NCBI GenBank assembly: GCA_000004985.1
Contig: GG738846.1
Source: Naegleria gruberi
Lineage: Eukaryota
DNA length: 64,000 bases
Strand: one strand, 5' to 3'
Below are positions 42,740 through 55,650 of the stretch, piece by piece. The position numbers and the translations under genes are program-made. Position 1 is the stretch's first letter, and every line of letters begins with the position of its first letter. The notes under the pieces were generated by a model that worked only from the letters and a program-made list of their open reading frames with translations, was not told where the DNA came from and did not search any database.

Positions 42740-44683
42740 TTAATTGGAGAATAGAGAAGCATAATCTGCATAGTCTCTATCCTGACTACTTCCAGGCACT
42801 GTTATGGCACTTACTCTTGAGAGAAACTGTATTTCAAGATCATTTTCTTCATCTTCCATCATTCTTTTGATTTTTTCACTATTAACAGTTAATCCCAATT
42901 GTTTCAAAACATTGGAATCTCTTGCTTTCTTCCCTTCTTCTACTCTTTTGGGACTGGTAGATTTTGGAGAGTCATCAGTTGGAATGGCGTACTTGTTTCT
43001 CAAAACTTCGACAGGGACTTCAACATCCTCATCTTCTCCTGGCATATCTTCCTCAGCTGAATCTCCATCATCACCTTGACTATATCCCACCTCTGATTGT
43101 TTCATTTCTTCCTCATACATTTCATTGAGTCCATTCTTTTCCATCAATTCTTCCAGAGTCATCAAGTTATCCAATGGTGTATAATTTCTATCAGATTGCT
43201 CTTCTTCGTCTTCCTCTTCCTCGTCAATAAAACTTGATTCTTCGTCATCTGCATTTGATGGCTCTTCAGATTGTGTCACTTGACGTTCTTTAAAATTAAT
43301 GTATTGACTTCTATTTCTTATTATACTATCAAGGTCAATATCTTTTTTCTGTCTCAATTTTTCGAGTCTTGGTTCAATAAATGCTCTTTGGTCCTTTGTT
43401 GACATTACTGAAGTGCTATTGACAAGATGAGAAACTGCTCTATAGTAGAACAAGTAAGTAGTAATTACATCCATAACATCAGTAAGCATATCCTCTTGAG
43501 TTTGACTATCCAACATTTTTCCAATGAATAATTCCAAAACATCAAATATTGGATTAATGGTTTCAACCTCACATTCAATTTCTAGTTCCTGTAAATATGA
43601 CCACGTTTCCTTGCAAATGTGTATTACATCTCCTTTAGATATGGCACCTCTGAAACCCTCATCTTGTTTTTCAGAAGCCATTCTCATAAGAAGTTCTTCA
43701 ACTTTGGTTGTTAACAATCCAATTAGATCAGCAGTGGCACTAAAGCTTTGGTCAGCAGTGTCTTCAGAGATAATACTCTCTGTGTCTTTCTCAGAACTAA
43801 TCATTGCTCTGACTGATGTAGCGACAGATCCACCATCACTAAATGGTAATGTTCTAGAAAGACTTGAGGATGATTTGTTGAATCCAACATTTTCAATCTT
43901 CTTTGGAGATTTGAGCTTTTCAATTTCGTTTTCTTCCTTCTTTCTTATTTGACTCAAAAAATCCAAACATTCCATTCTGGAGGAGTTTGTAGTAATGAAT
44001 TTCATTTCTTTCAATACCACCAAAAGAAATTCCAAGTTATCGGCATATATTCTCTTTAAAATGTTCATTTCTTGATCTATGAGAGGTTCCATATCATTTG
44101 ATTGGTCCTCATTATCAGTAGTATTTAAATCATGTTTGATTGAAGTCTTCTTTGGAGTTAGGTTACTTTCCTCCAATTCTTCTTGTTCGAGCCTCTTAAG
44201 AATACCATCTGCAATTCTCAACTCTTGTTGTAACTGTTTTGTTGTTTTTCTATCATCTCTTATTGAAGAGGATGCTGGTGAAGGATTTTGTATTCTTCTC
44301 ATCTCATCCCTTAACTCTGTAAGGTTAGATTGTATTAGTCCGATCTTAGCTTCCATTCTTGTGAGTTTGCTTTCCCTGAGTAATTCCTTTGAACTTTCAT
44401 TATCTATTTTATCCATAGGATCTTCATTATATGATAATTCACTTCCTTGATCTAATTGGTATAACTCATCATCATCAAAAAATAATCCCTGATTTGGTTT
44501 TGTATACTTTCTCAATCGTCTTTGCAATTCTGCCTCATAGGAAACTTCTGAAGGAGTTGAACTTGTCGAACGAGCATCACCTTCATTTTGAAGATATGAT
44601 GACTTCCAAGCTCCTGCAGCAGCAGCCATAGTGGATGATGAAGATGAACTCTTTCTTGATTGAGGCTTTTTGTGTTGGTACAT
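42740..44683 (-). CDS. hypothetical acidic coiled-coil protein (647 aa)
   Basis: Genuine ATG (44681-44683). Heptad-rich central region and acidic stretches (EEEEDEEE). No domain recognised. Confidence 0.5.
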   Translation of the reverse strand: MYQHKKPQSRKSSSSSSTMAAAAGAWKSSYLQNEGDARSTSSTPSEVSYEAELQRRLRKYTKPNQGLFFDDDELYQLDQGSELSYNEDPMDKIDNESSKELLRESKLTRMEAKIGLIQSNLTELRDEMRRIQNPSPASSSIRDDRKTTKQLQQELRIADGILKRLEQEELEESNLTPKKTSIKHDLNTTDNEDQSNDMEPLIDQEMNILKRIYADNLEFLLVVLKEMKFITTNSSRMECLDFLSQIRKKEENEIEKLKSPKKIENVGFNKSSSSLSRTLPFSDGGSVATSVRAMISSEKDTESIISEDTADQSFSATADLIGLLTTKVEELLMRMASEKQDEGFRGAISKGDVIHICKETWSYLQELEIECEVETINPIFDVLELFIGKMLDSQTQEDMLTDVMDVITTYLFYYRAVSHLVNSTSVMSTKDQRAFIEPRLEKLRQKKDIDLDSIIRNRSQYINFKERQVTQSEEPSNADDEESSFIDEEEEDEEEQSDRNYTPLDNLMTLEELMEKNGLNEMYEEEMKQSEVGYSQGDDGDSAEEDMPGEDEDVEVPVEVLRNKYAIPTDDSPKSTSPKRVEEGKKARDSNVLKQLGLTVNSEKIKRMMEDEENDLEIQFLSRVSAITVPGSSQDRDYADYASLFSN

Positions 44684-45075
44684 TTTTTTCTATGAATTTT
44701 TTTGGCAATATTAAAGCGCCAAAATCGTAGTTGTATTTTGAAAAAAAATATTAACACCTTCACTGCCTCGTTGTATTCATTATTAATTTTCTTCCTTCAA
44801 GTTAATGTAATTCTCCTTCTTCGGAAGAAGTGAATTCAAAACAATATTTATTATTTTATTAAGGGTTGAGTCAATGACAATGTATTGAGAAAAATTATGA
44901 GATAAAGAATATTTACAAAAATTGTTGAAAAAGAAGGGATAAAACAGCTTTGGATTCAGAAAAACATTGTTTTTTATTTTCAGATTGGTGGCCCTTAGTG
45001 TGAAATCAAAAAAAGCAACCGCAGCTTTCGGCAAATTAGCTTTCAAAATATCAATAAAAAAATAATCGAAACTAA

Positions 45076-46597
45076 ATGAAAGGACAAAACCGTTACAAAA
45101 CAAGACTTTTCACAAAAGGTGCCAATGGTGATGGAAATATTGGATTCCCTTCCGATATATCTTCAACAATAGAATTTAAAGAAGTGACACTAATTCAAAA
45201 TCACACTTTAGAAGAAAGTAAACAAATATTAGAAATGATCGAACATATTGCTTCTGGAAGATCCAGTATCATATTTTCCAGTACGTGCTTCTTTTAAAGT
45301 ATTTAGACCAATTATTTAAATTATATATTAACTATATACAGCCAGAAATAATAGAGTATTCGTTTGTGGTTTAAATAACTATAATCAAGTGGGTGTAGCC
45401 AATACAGAATCTATTTTCCTATTCAAATCAATCGAACATTTACTTGTTGATCAATTAGAAAGAGCTAGAGTTATGGAAGAAATGGAATTGACTCAAGCAT
45501 TGAAATTGACTAATTGCAGTTCTCACACTGAGAGCTTTCTGAGGGAGAGACTTTACAAAAAGTTTGAAAAGGTGAAATCGATTGATTTTGTAGAGATGGG
45601 ATGGTTTCACTCGATTGTTGTGATTAATAAGGTTTGTTATATATTGAATTGAATTGTTTTTATGAATGATGGAAAGAATATTGTGATGGGAAGTGGACAC
45701 AGTTATTTTGGACAATTGTATGATCATGGATTTAGTGAAATGCATCAGTATTTAAGGGTGGTTCCATATGATTATGTGTCCGTCATTAATGAGATAGAAG
45801 ATAGTGGAAAATTGATTGACCCATTTAGGCAGGACAAGATTACACATCTATCGTGTGGAACATTTTCTACAACCATTGTAATGAATGATACCAAAGTTTA
45901 TTCATGTGGTGAGATTACACCATTCAAGAAGGAATTGTCATTTGAATTGGACATACAACCCTTTCTGGGAAATGACAAGATATTACAAGTGTTCCATTTG
46001 GATACTGGTATTGCATTTTACACAAGCAGTGAATGTTTCATAATGTTAGAGAAACCAGATATTTACACACGAATTGAAAATGTGGCAAAACTGGTTGGTG
46101 GACACCTCAGTAATGATACTTATTATGTCCTTAAGGATTCTCCTAATACTTTGAGAAGATGGGTTTCCACTCCATCAACGGACGAACCATTAAGTTATTC
46201 TCTCTCAAATATTCCTTCCCCTTTTCATTTTGTTCCAGGGTATTACCACATATTATGTATCTCACAAGGAAAGTATATCTATACGGATGCCAGTTTTTTG
46301 GATGAAGGTGTTGGTGTTGTAGATGAGGAGGAGGACTTTGAATTGACTCTATCGACATTAGTTGGGCCAAAGTCTCAAATTGGAGACAAGGATACCAAGC
46401 TCTTAACAAGACTCCTATTGAAAGAGGGCTATTGTGTTAAGAAAATATCTTCTGGCTCTGATTTTTCATTCGTTCTGGTGTATCACGAGTCTTCAAAGGA
46501 ACAAGAGGAAATGAAAAACAAGCTCCATAACCAATCTTCGAGAAGAAATTCTTTCATTGATATGTCAATAGTTTGTCTAGATTTTCAACTTTATTAA
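45076..46597 (+). CDS. RCC1-like repeat protein, multi-exon (exon 1 45076..45280; exon 2 from 45342; a further short in-frame intron near 45616-45660)
   Basis: Intron 1 TTCCA|GTACGT...tatacAG|CC, 61 nt (45281..45341), joins frames correctly. RCC1-type repeats NRVFVCGLNNYNQVG, NIVMGSGHSYFGQL, VYSCGE. The ORFs ending at 45652 and starting at 45662 are in the same frame, separated by one stop. Confidence 0.45.
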
Positions 46598-46643
46598 TTT
46601 CGGTAGCATGCTCATAAAAGGTATTGCACCAATTCAAATTTTA

Positions 46644-49600
46644 TTAAACCCATGTATTAAATGAATTATTGATTGTTCCATACGAAAGATCATCAAGATC
46701 AGCAAAGCCTTCTGTTTCTGTTGGATTTTCAGAAGAGCTTGGTTCTGAAGAAATCTTTTCGAATAAATCAGCAATTGTTCTTTCCCTGTCAGCATTAGTT
46801 TCATTGTAATAAACAAATTTACCAAACTTGTTCTTTCTTCTGTATCTTCTCCACAACCAGGCAATGACACCAACTGCAAAGAAAGCACCAATGAGTCCAA
46901 CCAAAAACAATGGAATTCCCAAGGCAATAGCAAGAACATCCAATGGCTCTGTTCTAATATTGGCAAGCAATGGAGTTGTCTTTTCAGCAACATCATACAA
47001 AGCAAATGAAGTGAGCGAATCAATTTGTGTTGTTGTAAGATTTTTACAGTTAAAAGCTTGACCAACAGACATTGTGTAATTAGTAAAATCATTCAATGTT
47101 GTCTTGTATGTAGCATCGCAAACTGTTCCCATAACATCGTGAACCAATTTAACAGTGTATTTTTGATCAGCATAGGTTAATCTGAATTCATAGGTTTCTC
47201 CAAGATCATACGTGCAAGGATCTGAAATTTCTGTATCATTGACATGAATTCTACGACCAGTTGCATCATAGCTTAATGATATAAAAAGATGATCAACCTT
47301 AGTGAACCAAACTTCAAACAAATTACCAGAAGTAAATTTGCTTGGAAGGATAATCTTGAAACTAATGATTTTGGAAATATCAAACTTCTTTGAAGATGAT
47401 ACATATTGTCTCAAAACTGGCATTTCAGAACATAATGAAGAATTAATAGTTGGTTTGAAAACCATTGCACTGCCATCTCTACTTTTAGGTAAATCAATCT
47501 TTGTAATGAGAGGAATACCAGCAGCTTGTGGTAACGCAGCAACAGTTTCAACATCTACACTAGTGGTACTAGTTGAGAAAATGCTGGAGGCGCTTTCTTC
47601 TTGAACAGATGGACTGACATATCTGAATCTTGTTTGAGTGGTTGAACTATAAACTCCACTCTCAATGGAAAGTTGAAGATCCAAAAGTACAGTTTCAATA
47701 TTGAGTTGAGGCATCTTGAATTTAATGCTTGATGAGGACACTTTTTGTGCATCAACATTAACATCAATGGATTCATCCTTATTTGATAATTTAACAAAAG
47801 CTGTATGTTCTGGAACGAAAACATCATTGATAACAATGTCATTACCAATATAACCCAAAACTGGACTCACATTATTGATACGATTGGAATAAACTGTGAA
47901 TTGGTTACCAGTATAGGGAACTTCAAGGAGAGGTTCTGCTGATGAAGATTTAAAGTCAACAATTTCAACCTTTGCATTCACTTGGAATGAATTCAAATCA
48001 GCTAATTGAGATGGCAAATTCTTCATTTCCTTAGTATTGACTTGATAAACACCATTGGTTGATGTCTTTTGAATGGAAAGTCTTTGAGTAAATACATTAT
48101 CAACACTGAAAATTAAATAAATTCCCAAAGTTGGTTTAAACGAAACATCAAGATTTCCTTCAAATGTAATTGTTGTACCACCTGAAACTGGTAAATAAAG
48201 CTTTGAGAATTTCTTAATATCAACACTGTATACAGGTGTTGTTTCAGCAACGAATGAGAAGGAAGATTCTGTGGAAGCAATCATTTTAGAAACACCTTGG
48301 AATGGATCCACTGTTGAAATACGTGTTAGCTCAACTGAAATGGATGTTGAATCTTCAGTGTTTGTCAATGTAATCTTATTGTTTTGAGTATCGATAATCA
48401 AATTTTCGACATTGGAAACTGAAAAGTCACCATCAGTATCAAGAGAAATAAAAGTAACATTTTCGGCTTTCAAACTTGGAATGACACCAACAATTTCAGT
48501 ACCATTTGTTCCTACATTGATCAAGAATTGTTCCTTAGTATCTGTATTTGCAACAGCCATAGAGAAAACAGTATTTTCAGTGAATGGAATGTTGACTGTT
48601 TCAATTGGGGTTGTGATGGTAGTTGATGTTAATGGAATAGTTGCCATGACATTCTTTCCATTATTATCTTCTACAATGAATGAATAGGTACTGGTATTGG
48701 TAATCGGATCAAATACAATATTACCTCCCAACAAGAACTTGGTATTAGTATTAATGGTTCCCAAATTATTAACAAGTTTTGCAGAATTAGAATCAAAGTC
48801 TAAAGAATAGAGCTGAGCTTGATTGGATATAGTTTCTGATGTAATGGCAAAGCTTTGATCTTCCTTATTGAATAATACTTTAGATTGTCCCAATGTTAAT
48901 CCACTTGTTGGTTGTTGATTTGTATCAAGAGTGGTTAACGTTTTCACAGTGGCATTGAATGAATTTTCTTGTAAACTAATTAAAGCAAAAACTAAACTAT
49001 CCTTTTGTTGCTTGTGAAGTGAAGGATCGAAACTCATAATCATAACTCCATTTGGACTCTTGGTAGTGGTAACCAATTCTTGAAGGGTTTGATTTTCAGG
49101 AATAACAACCTTATCCAACAATACTTGTGATTGCATGACAATAGTTTTACCACATTTAGCATCTACAAGAACCATTTCATAGACAAGTTGTTCATCAGTT
49201 ACAGTTGGACCAAAAGCTCTTGCAAATGAACCACTACATTGATCAGCAAATGTTGAGTATTGACATTTAGATCCTGTATGACCAGGATTACATTTACATG
49301 TATCAGGAGAAATACAAATACCATTACTACAGTTAACACTTCCAAAACAGAGTGGAAGTTCACATTGGAGTCCAACATAATTCTCACTGCATGAACAAGA
49401 ATTATTCGAAATGCAATTACCATTACCAGAACAAGCTAGTGAACTGTTTTGAGAAATTCCAAAACAGAAAATCTTTGGAGGTTCTTGACTTGGACTACTG
49501 TTATTATTATTGTTATTATTACTATTGGTATTGGAATTGTTTGTAGAATTATTGGAAGAGGAGGTATTTGTGGACTTGTAAGATTGAGTTATGGTTTGAA

Positions 49601-50741
49601 CAATGTTATTGATAACACTCATTTGAGATGTAATTGTTTGTTGGGTTGTATTACTTGTTAATAATTCAAAGAAAACGAGTTCACCAGTAAATGGATATGG
49701 ATTAGGAAGGTCATTGGTTCTACCAATCAAAATGTTATCAGAGTTTGGAATGGAAGATGTGTTATCTTGATAAACTACCTTACTATCCATGACAACTACC
49801 AAACCTGGATCAGTAAATTCAACTAAAAGTGATACTGGTTTGCTTTGCAATGAACTATTTGAATAGATAACCGTATTAGAACCAAGCAAAGAAAGACTAA
49901 CATTTTGAGAGTTCAAGAAGACTTTGAGACCAGTACCAATATCCAACAAGACTTGAGGATTGGAGGTTGTTGGTGTTGTGGATGGTTTGGCAACTAATGA
50001 AAGAACAAAGTTGTCAGTAAGTGGTGAAGCCAAATCCAATGAAACAAATGAATCACTGGAGAGCAATAAGGATGAGTTGGATGATGATGAGGTAGTGGTA
50101 CAGTTTTTAACAACTGCTAAACCAATCTTACAGTCACTTCCGTCCTTTGTAACAGACCAGGTGATATCTGGATTATTTGACGAATCTTGACTATTGGTGA
50201 TGCTTTGAACATTATTAATGACATTAACTAAAGTTTGATTATTGACATTATTGGTTAACAATTCGAAGAATGATAATTCACCGTTGAATGGATAAGTATT
50301 AAGTAAGTCATCAGATCTACCTATCAAGATGTTGTTAGAATTTGGAATTTGTGTTATGGCTGGATTTTGATATTTAGAATTTCCATCAACAAATACACTC
50401 AAACCTGGATCTGTGAATTGAACAACAAATGATGTGGCGTCAATATTATTTGGATTGGTTGTTGGATAAGTGCAAATAACTGTTTCAACACCATCGATAA
50501 CCAAAATGACATGTGGATATCTAATAATTACTTTGAGACCAGTACCGACATCCAATAACACTTGAGGATCAGAAGTGGTTGTTGAAGGTTTAGCAACAAC
50601 TGAAACAATAAAGCTATCAGTGAGAGGAGCGCTCAAATTCAAAGAAATGAATGACTCATTTGATAACATCAATGTAGAATTAGAAGCTGTTGCACAATTT
50701 TTAACAACTGCTTGTCCAATCTTACAGTCAGAACCATCCTT
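46644..50741 (-). CDS. giant type-I membrane adhesin-like protein, C-terminal part (LamG-like repeats, EGF-like Cys module, TM, cytoplasmic tail ending -TWV)
   Basis: Same gene as 50745..55650. Contains LamG/ConA-like modules (..ILIGRSDDLLN.YPFNGELSFFEL..), an EGF-like cluster CSGNGNCISNNSCSCSENYVGLQCELPLC...CKCNPGHTGSKC, ~900 aa of beta-rich sequence, a TM helix LAIALGIPLFLVGLIGAFFAVGVIAWLW, then RRYRRK stop-transfer. Confidence 0.7.
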   Translation of the reverse strand, partial: KDGSDCKIGQAVVKNCATASNSTLMLSNESFISLNLSAPLTDSFIVSVVAKPSTTTSDPQVLLDVGTGLKVIIRYPHVILVIDGVETVICTYPTTNPNNIDATSFVVQFTDPGLSVFVDGNSKYQNPAITQIPNSNNILIGRSDDLLNTYPFNGELSFFELLTNNVNNQTLVNVINNVQSITNSQDSSNNPDITWSVTKDGSDCKIGLAVVKNCTTTSSSSNSSLLLSSDSFVSLDLASPLTDNFVLSLVAKPSTTPTTSNPQVLLDIGTGLKVFLNSQNVSLSLLGSNTVIYSNSSLQSKPVSLLVEFTDPGLVVVMDSKVVYQDNTSSIPNSDNILIGRTNDLPNPYPFTGELVFFELLTSNTTQQTITSQMSVINNIVQTITQSYKSTNTSSSNNSTNNSNTNSNNNNNNNSSPSQEPPKIFCFGISQNSSLACSGNGNCISNNSCSCSENYVGLQCELPLCFGSVNCSNGICISPDTCKCNPGHTGSKCQYSTFADQCSGSFARAFGPTVTDEQLVYEMVLVDAKCGKTIVMQSQVLLDKVVIPENQTLQELVTTTKSPNGVMIMSFDPSLHKQQKDSLVFALISLQENSFNATVKTLTTLDTNQQPTSGLTLGQSKVLFNKEDQSFAITSETISNQAQLYSLDFDSNSAKLVNNLGTINTNTKFLLGGNIVFDPITNTSTYSFIVEDNNGKNVMATIPLTSTTITTPIETVNIPFTENTVFSMAVANTDTKEQFLINVGTNGTEIVGVIPSLKAENVTFISLDTDGDFSVSNVENLIIDTQNNKITLTNTEDSTSISVELTRISTVDPFQGVSKMIASTESSFSFVAETTPVYSVDIKKFSKLYLPVSGGTTITFEGNLDVSFKPTLGIYLIFSVDNVFTQRLSIQKTSTNGVYQVNTKEMKNLPSQLADLNSFQVNAKVEIVDFKSSSAEPLLEVPYTGNQFTVYSNRINNVSPVLGYIGNDIVINDVFVPEHTAFVKLSNKDESIDVNVDAQKVSSSSIKFKMPQLNIETVLLDLQLSIESGVYSSTTQTRFRYVSPSVQEESASSIFSTSTTSVDVETVAALPQAAGIPLITKIDLPKSRDGSAMVFKPTINSSLCSEMPVLRQYVSSSKKFDISKIISFKIILPSKFTSGNLFEVWFTKVDHLFISLSYDATGRRIHVNDTEISDPCTYDLGETYEFRLTYADQKYTVKLVHDVMGTVCDATYKTTLNDFTNYTMSVGQAFNCKNLTTTQIDSLTSFALYDVAEKTTPLLANIRTEPLDVLAIALGIPLFLVGLIGAFFAVGVIAWLWRRYRRKNKFGKFVYYNETNADRERTIADLFEKISSEPSSSENPTETEGFADLDDLSYGTINNSFNTWV

Positions 50742-52800
50742 TAGTAATTGCCCAAACAACCTCTGTGTTGGTAGTATTTGACACCGGTGCTGGATTGCTT
50801 GGTGATGTTGAAGAGACAACATTTGCAACTGTGCTAATTACATTGGATAAAGTTTGATTGTTAACATTGTTAGTCAATAGTTCAAAGAATGATAATTCAC
50901 CATTGAAAGGATAAGCATTCAGTAAATCATCAGATCTTCCAATGAGAATATTGTCAGAATTTGGAATTTGTGAAATGACTGGGTTTTGATATTTAGAATT
51001 TCCATCAACAAATACACTCAAACCTGGGTCGGAGAATTTAACAACGAATGAGTTTGCATCAGGACTGCTTGGATTTGAGGTTGTTGGATAAGTGTAAATA
51101 ATTGTTTCAACACCATCTAGAACCAAAATAACATGTGGATATCTAATAATTACTTTGAGACCAGTACCGACATCCAATAACACTTGAGGATCAGAAGTGG
51201 TTGTTGAAGGTTTAGCAACAACTGAAACAATAAAGCTATCAGTGAGTGGAGCGCTCAAATTCAAAGAAATGAATGACTCATTTGATAACATCAATGTAGA
51301 ATTAGAACCTGTGGCACAATTTTTGACCACTGCTTGTCCAATCTTGCAGTCAGAACCATCCTTTGTAATAGCCCAAACAACCTCTGTGTTGGTAGTATTT
51401 GACACTGGTGCTGGATTGCTTGGTGATGTTGAAGAGACAACATTTGCAACTGTGCTAATTACATTGGATAAAGTTTGATTGTTAACATTGTTAGTCAATA
51501 GTTCAAAGAATGATAATTCACCATTGAAAGGATAAGCATTCAGTAAATCATCAGATCTTCCAATGAGAATATTGTCAGAATTTGGAATTTGTGANNNNNN
51601 NNNNNNNNNNNNNNNNNNNNNNNNNNNNNNNNNNNNNNNNNNNNNNNNNNNNNNNNNNNATGGATAACCATTAAGCAAGTCATCAGATCTACCAATGAGA
51701 ATACTATCAGAATTTGGAATTTGTGAAATGGCTGGATTTTGATATTTTGAATTTCCATCAACAAATAATGACAATCCAGGGTCTGTGAATTGAACAACGA
51801 AAGAGGTTGCAGCAAGATTTCTTGGATTTGAGGTTGTTGGATAAGTGTAAATAACAGTTTCCACGCCATTAACAATCAAAATAACATCAGGATATCTGAG
51901 AATGACTTTGAGATCACCAACATCCAATAAAACTTGGGTTACAGGACTAGTTGATAAAGGCTTTGCCACAACTGAAACGATAAAACTGTCAGTGAGTGGT
52001 GCACTTAAATTCAAGGAAATGAATGAATCATTGGAGAGTAACAAAGTAGAATTGGAAGCTGTTGCACAATTCTTTACCACTGCTTGTCCAATTTTACAAT
52101 CAGAACCATCTTTGGTGATTGCCCAAATAATTTCTGTATTTGTAACGTTTGATGAAGGAGTGTTAGTGGTTGTGTTTGTAGCAGTTGGGCTTGGAGTGTT
52201 GGTTGTTGAAGAAACTACACTTGATACAGTGTTGATAATGCTTGACAATGTTTGATTTGTTACATTATTTGTCAACAATTCAAAGAATGACAATTCACCA
52301 ATAAATGGATAAGCATGCAGTAAATCGTCAGATCTTCCAATCAAAATATTGTTAGAATTTGGAATTTGTGCAATGGTAGAGTTTTGATATCCCACTTGAT
52401 TATTCACGAGAACGGATAAACCAGGATCTGTGAATTGAACAATTACTGGCATTGGAGTAATAGAGTTTGGATCAGAAGGAAGAGTATATACTACATATTC
52501 CACACCATTAACAATCAAAATAACATATGGGAATCTTACAACAACCTTAAGGTCATTACCGATATCCAACAAAACTTGAGTTACAGGATTTGAAGATAAA
52601 GGCTTTACAACAACTGAAACAATAAAGCTATCAGTGAGTGGTTCATCCAAGCTCAAAGAAACAAATGATCCATTAGAAAGCAACAAGGTAGAGTTTGATG
52701 AGGTGGTACAATTTTGAACAATTGCCTGTCCAATCTTACAATTATTACCTTCTTTAGTAATAGACCACAAAACATCTGTTGGTTGTGTTGAAGCATCACT
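49650..52800 (-). repeat. coding tandem repeat array, ~620-bp unit (LamG-like module), adjacent copies up to ~99% identical
   Basis: TATTACTTTGAGACCAGTACCGACATCCAATAACACTTGAGGATCAGAAGTGGTTGTTGAAGGTTTAGCAACAACTGAAACAATAAAGCTATCAGTGAG occurs at ~50530 and ~51150, with diverged copies at ~49930, ~51900 and ~52520. Confidence 0.85.
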
Positions 52801-55650
52801 TATTGAAGGATGATATTGACTAGCAATAGCAGAAAATATAGCACTCAAATTATTGGAAGCACTTGGCAATACTGAGAATGATAACAAGTCACCACTGAAT
52901 GGATAAATAGGAGATGAAGGACTTCTTCCCACTAGGATATTACCAACATTTGAGGTGTCGAAAATGTCAGTGTTGTAAACAAGATTGGAACTCAAGAAAA
53001 CTTTCAAATTTGTTCCATTCACAACCAGTGCAATAGAGAGTAGAGAATCACCATTGGAATGGGATCCAATGAGGATTTTATCATTACTGCTTGTAATCAA
53101 ATAAATGTTCGGAAGTTGAGTGACAATCATGGTATTGAAAAGTGAGACAACTACTTGTGTAATGTTATTGTAACCAGAATCTGGAAGAACTGTCACTAAA
53201 ACAGTGTATGAATTAGGCATTAAAGTGACAGAATAATTCAAGAATGAATTATTTGAGAGGTGTACAGTAGCATTGTCAACCATTTGACAATTAACAATCT
53301 TGACCTCAGATCCAATAACACAAGAACCATTCAATTTTTCAATAACCCATTCAATTGTCTTGTTGGATGGAAGGGCAATTGGTTCGGTAACACATGACTT
53401 GATGGTATATTGAGGTTCTTCTCTTTCAAGTATTAAATCACGAAGATTGAACTGTGAAGGTTGAAGCTCTGGTGCATTAGCTCCATAAAACATCATGTTA
53501 TACAAGAGATCGGAGGCTTGTTGTTCAATAACTGATTGTTCATCACAGAATTGCATTGGTTCAGTAGAAAATAATTCTGGTTCAGACATCCACCAATCAT
53601 ATTGCTCCTCCTCATCAATAGTCTCAGAGGTAGTTGTGGTAGAGTTTTGCACAGTCACACAATCATGAACATGATATTCAGCAAACAATGTTTCACCAGT
53701 TAAAATATCTTGTGTGAGTAAGCTAGTAGTCAATTGGTTAGCATCAACACCCAACATGAGACCATACAATAAATCATCAACTTCCTTTGTTTCTTTGGCT
53801 GCTTGGTCACATAAAACATATTGTTGCTCAGTAGCAGCGTCATCAGAAAGAGTCTCAAAAAGATAAACTCCTGAAATGGTCCAATCGAATTGAGGTGAGT
53901 CTAAAGTTTCTTCTACACTGGTTGTTGAGGTAGAGTTGGTTGTGTTGTTACCTTGGTTGATTGTGCATTCTTTGAGAATATATTGAATTTGTTCGATACC
54001 ACTAATTGAGGAAGTATCAACAAGATCAGTGAACAAACTTTGATAGTCAGAATTACCTAATTGCATTCTCAAAAGTGCATCATAGACTTGTTGATTATCC
54101 AATGATTCTTGATCACAAAATTCTTTCACCAAACTATCGGTACTATCACCATCATCCTCAAAAAGGAATGGACCGGTAATAAGCCAATTAAATGAATCAC
54201 CATCATCCTCTTGTGAAGCAACTTCTAATGGAGCAATTTGAGTGGTGTTTGTAACATTACTGACTATTGTTGGAACAGTGCAATCTTTGAGAACATATTC
54301 AATCTGTTCTACTGTACTAGTAATTGTGGAAATATCAACAAGTTCTGTAAACATGCTTTGATAGTCAGAATTACCCAATTGCATTCTCAAAAGTGAGTCG
54401 GCAAACTGTTGGGCATCCAAAGAAGCTTGATCACAAAATTCCTTCACCAAACCACCACCATTGCTACTACTACTCGTAGCATCATCGGCAGCGTCGAACA
54501 GATATGGACCAGTAATAAACCAATCAAATGAATCACCAACTTCTTGTGGGGAGGCAATGTCTAATGTTACAATTGGAGTGGTAGTATTGGTTGAATTGTT
54601 GACAATTGGTGTTGGTGGAACAGTACAATCTTTGAGAACATATTGAATTTGTCCAATGCCACTCAAAATTGAAGAAAGGTCAACAAGCTCAGTAAAAGAA
54701 CCCAAGTCAGAGCCTCCTAGAGCAGTTCTCAACAGTGAATCAGTAAGTTGTTGATCATCCAAAGAAGCCTGATCACAAAACTCTTTCACCTCAAAATCGC
54801 CACCACTGCTACTACTACTAGTAGCATCATCAGAGCCAAACAAATATGGTTCAATCAACCAAGCCAAAGAGCCATCATCTTGTTGAGTTGTTGCTGTTTC
54901 TGTTGTTGCTGAAACCATACCATCAACGCTAGTGGAAGCATAGCTTGTAGAGTTTGTTGCGTTTGAAGTTACATTAACAATTGGAACAGAACAATCAATA
55001 AGGGTATACTCTGGTTCTAAACCACTTATAATATCATCCAAATTAACATAACTCAACAAGTCAGATTCATAGGAGGAAGAGAATAACATTTTAAGGTACA
55101 TGTCTTCTTGTTGTTGAGCCTCCAAAGAAGCTTGATTACAGAAGGTAGTTGCTGCCTTTTCGAACAAATATCCATCTGCAATCATCCAACTGAAATCACT
55201 GGTAGAGGTAGTATCAATGGTGGTTGTACTTAAACTATCAGTGGTAGTAGTACCAGTAGTACTAGTATTAGATGTTGTTGTTGTTGTTACATTTAAAGTA
55301 GTAGTATTAGTTGTGATATTGGCAGGAATAGCAACTACTTCACATGCTGAATCCAACTTCAAGTAGTAAAATGATGTAGAGTCTATTAAGGATTGATAAT
55401 AATCAATATCTGTCTCATCCATTTGATTAACACAAGCCGTTCCATCAGAATTAACACTCATTCCTTCATCATCAAGAGCACTCCCAAGAATTAATTGTGT
55501 TAAAAAATCATCACCATCATCAGTGCCAAAAATTGAAGAAAGACTTTGTGCGTTTACCATGTTATTTTCATTAGGGGAGCCTGAAAACATTAATCCAGCT
55601 GCCCACATGACAACAAACGTTGTGAAGAGGAGAAGAAGCGATGTTTTCAT
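50745..55650 (-). CDS. giant adhesin-like protein, N-terminal part (signal peptide, 4-5 DCTVP modules, LamG-like tandem repeats). Start probably ATG 55648-55650; an upstream in-frame ATG exists at 55794
   Basis: MKTSLLLLFTTFVVMWAAGLMFSG is a canonical signal peptide. About 90-aa modules each ending ..EYVLKDCTVP. Then LamG-like ~205-aa repeats identical in register to those in 46644..50741. The frames differ by +1 at ~50742. Confidence 0.7.
51595..51659. other. assembly gap (65 N) inside the tandem-repeat array
   Basis: Run of N. Flanking sequence on both sides belongs to the same repeat family, so copy number here is unresolved. Confidence 0.95.
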
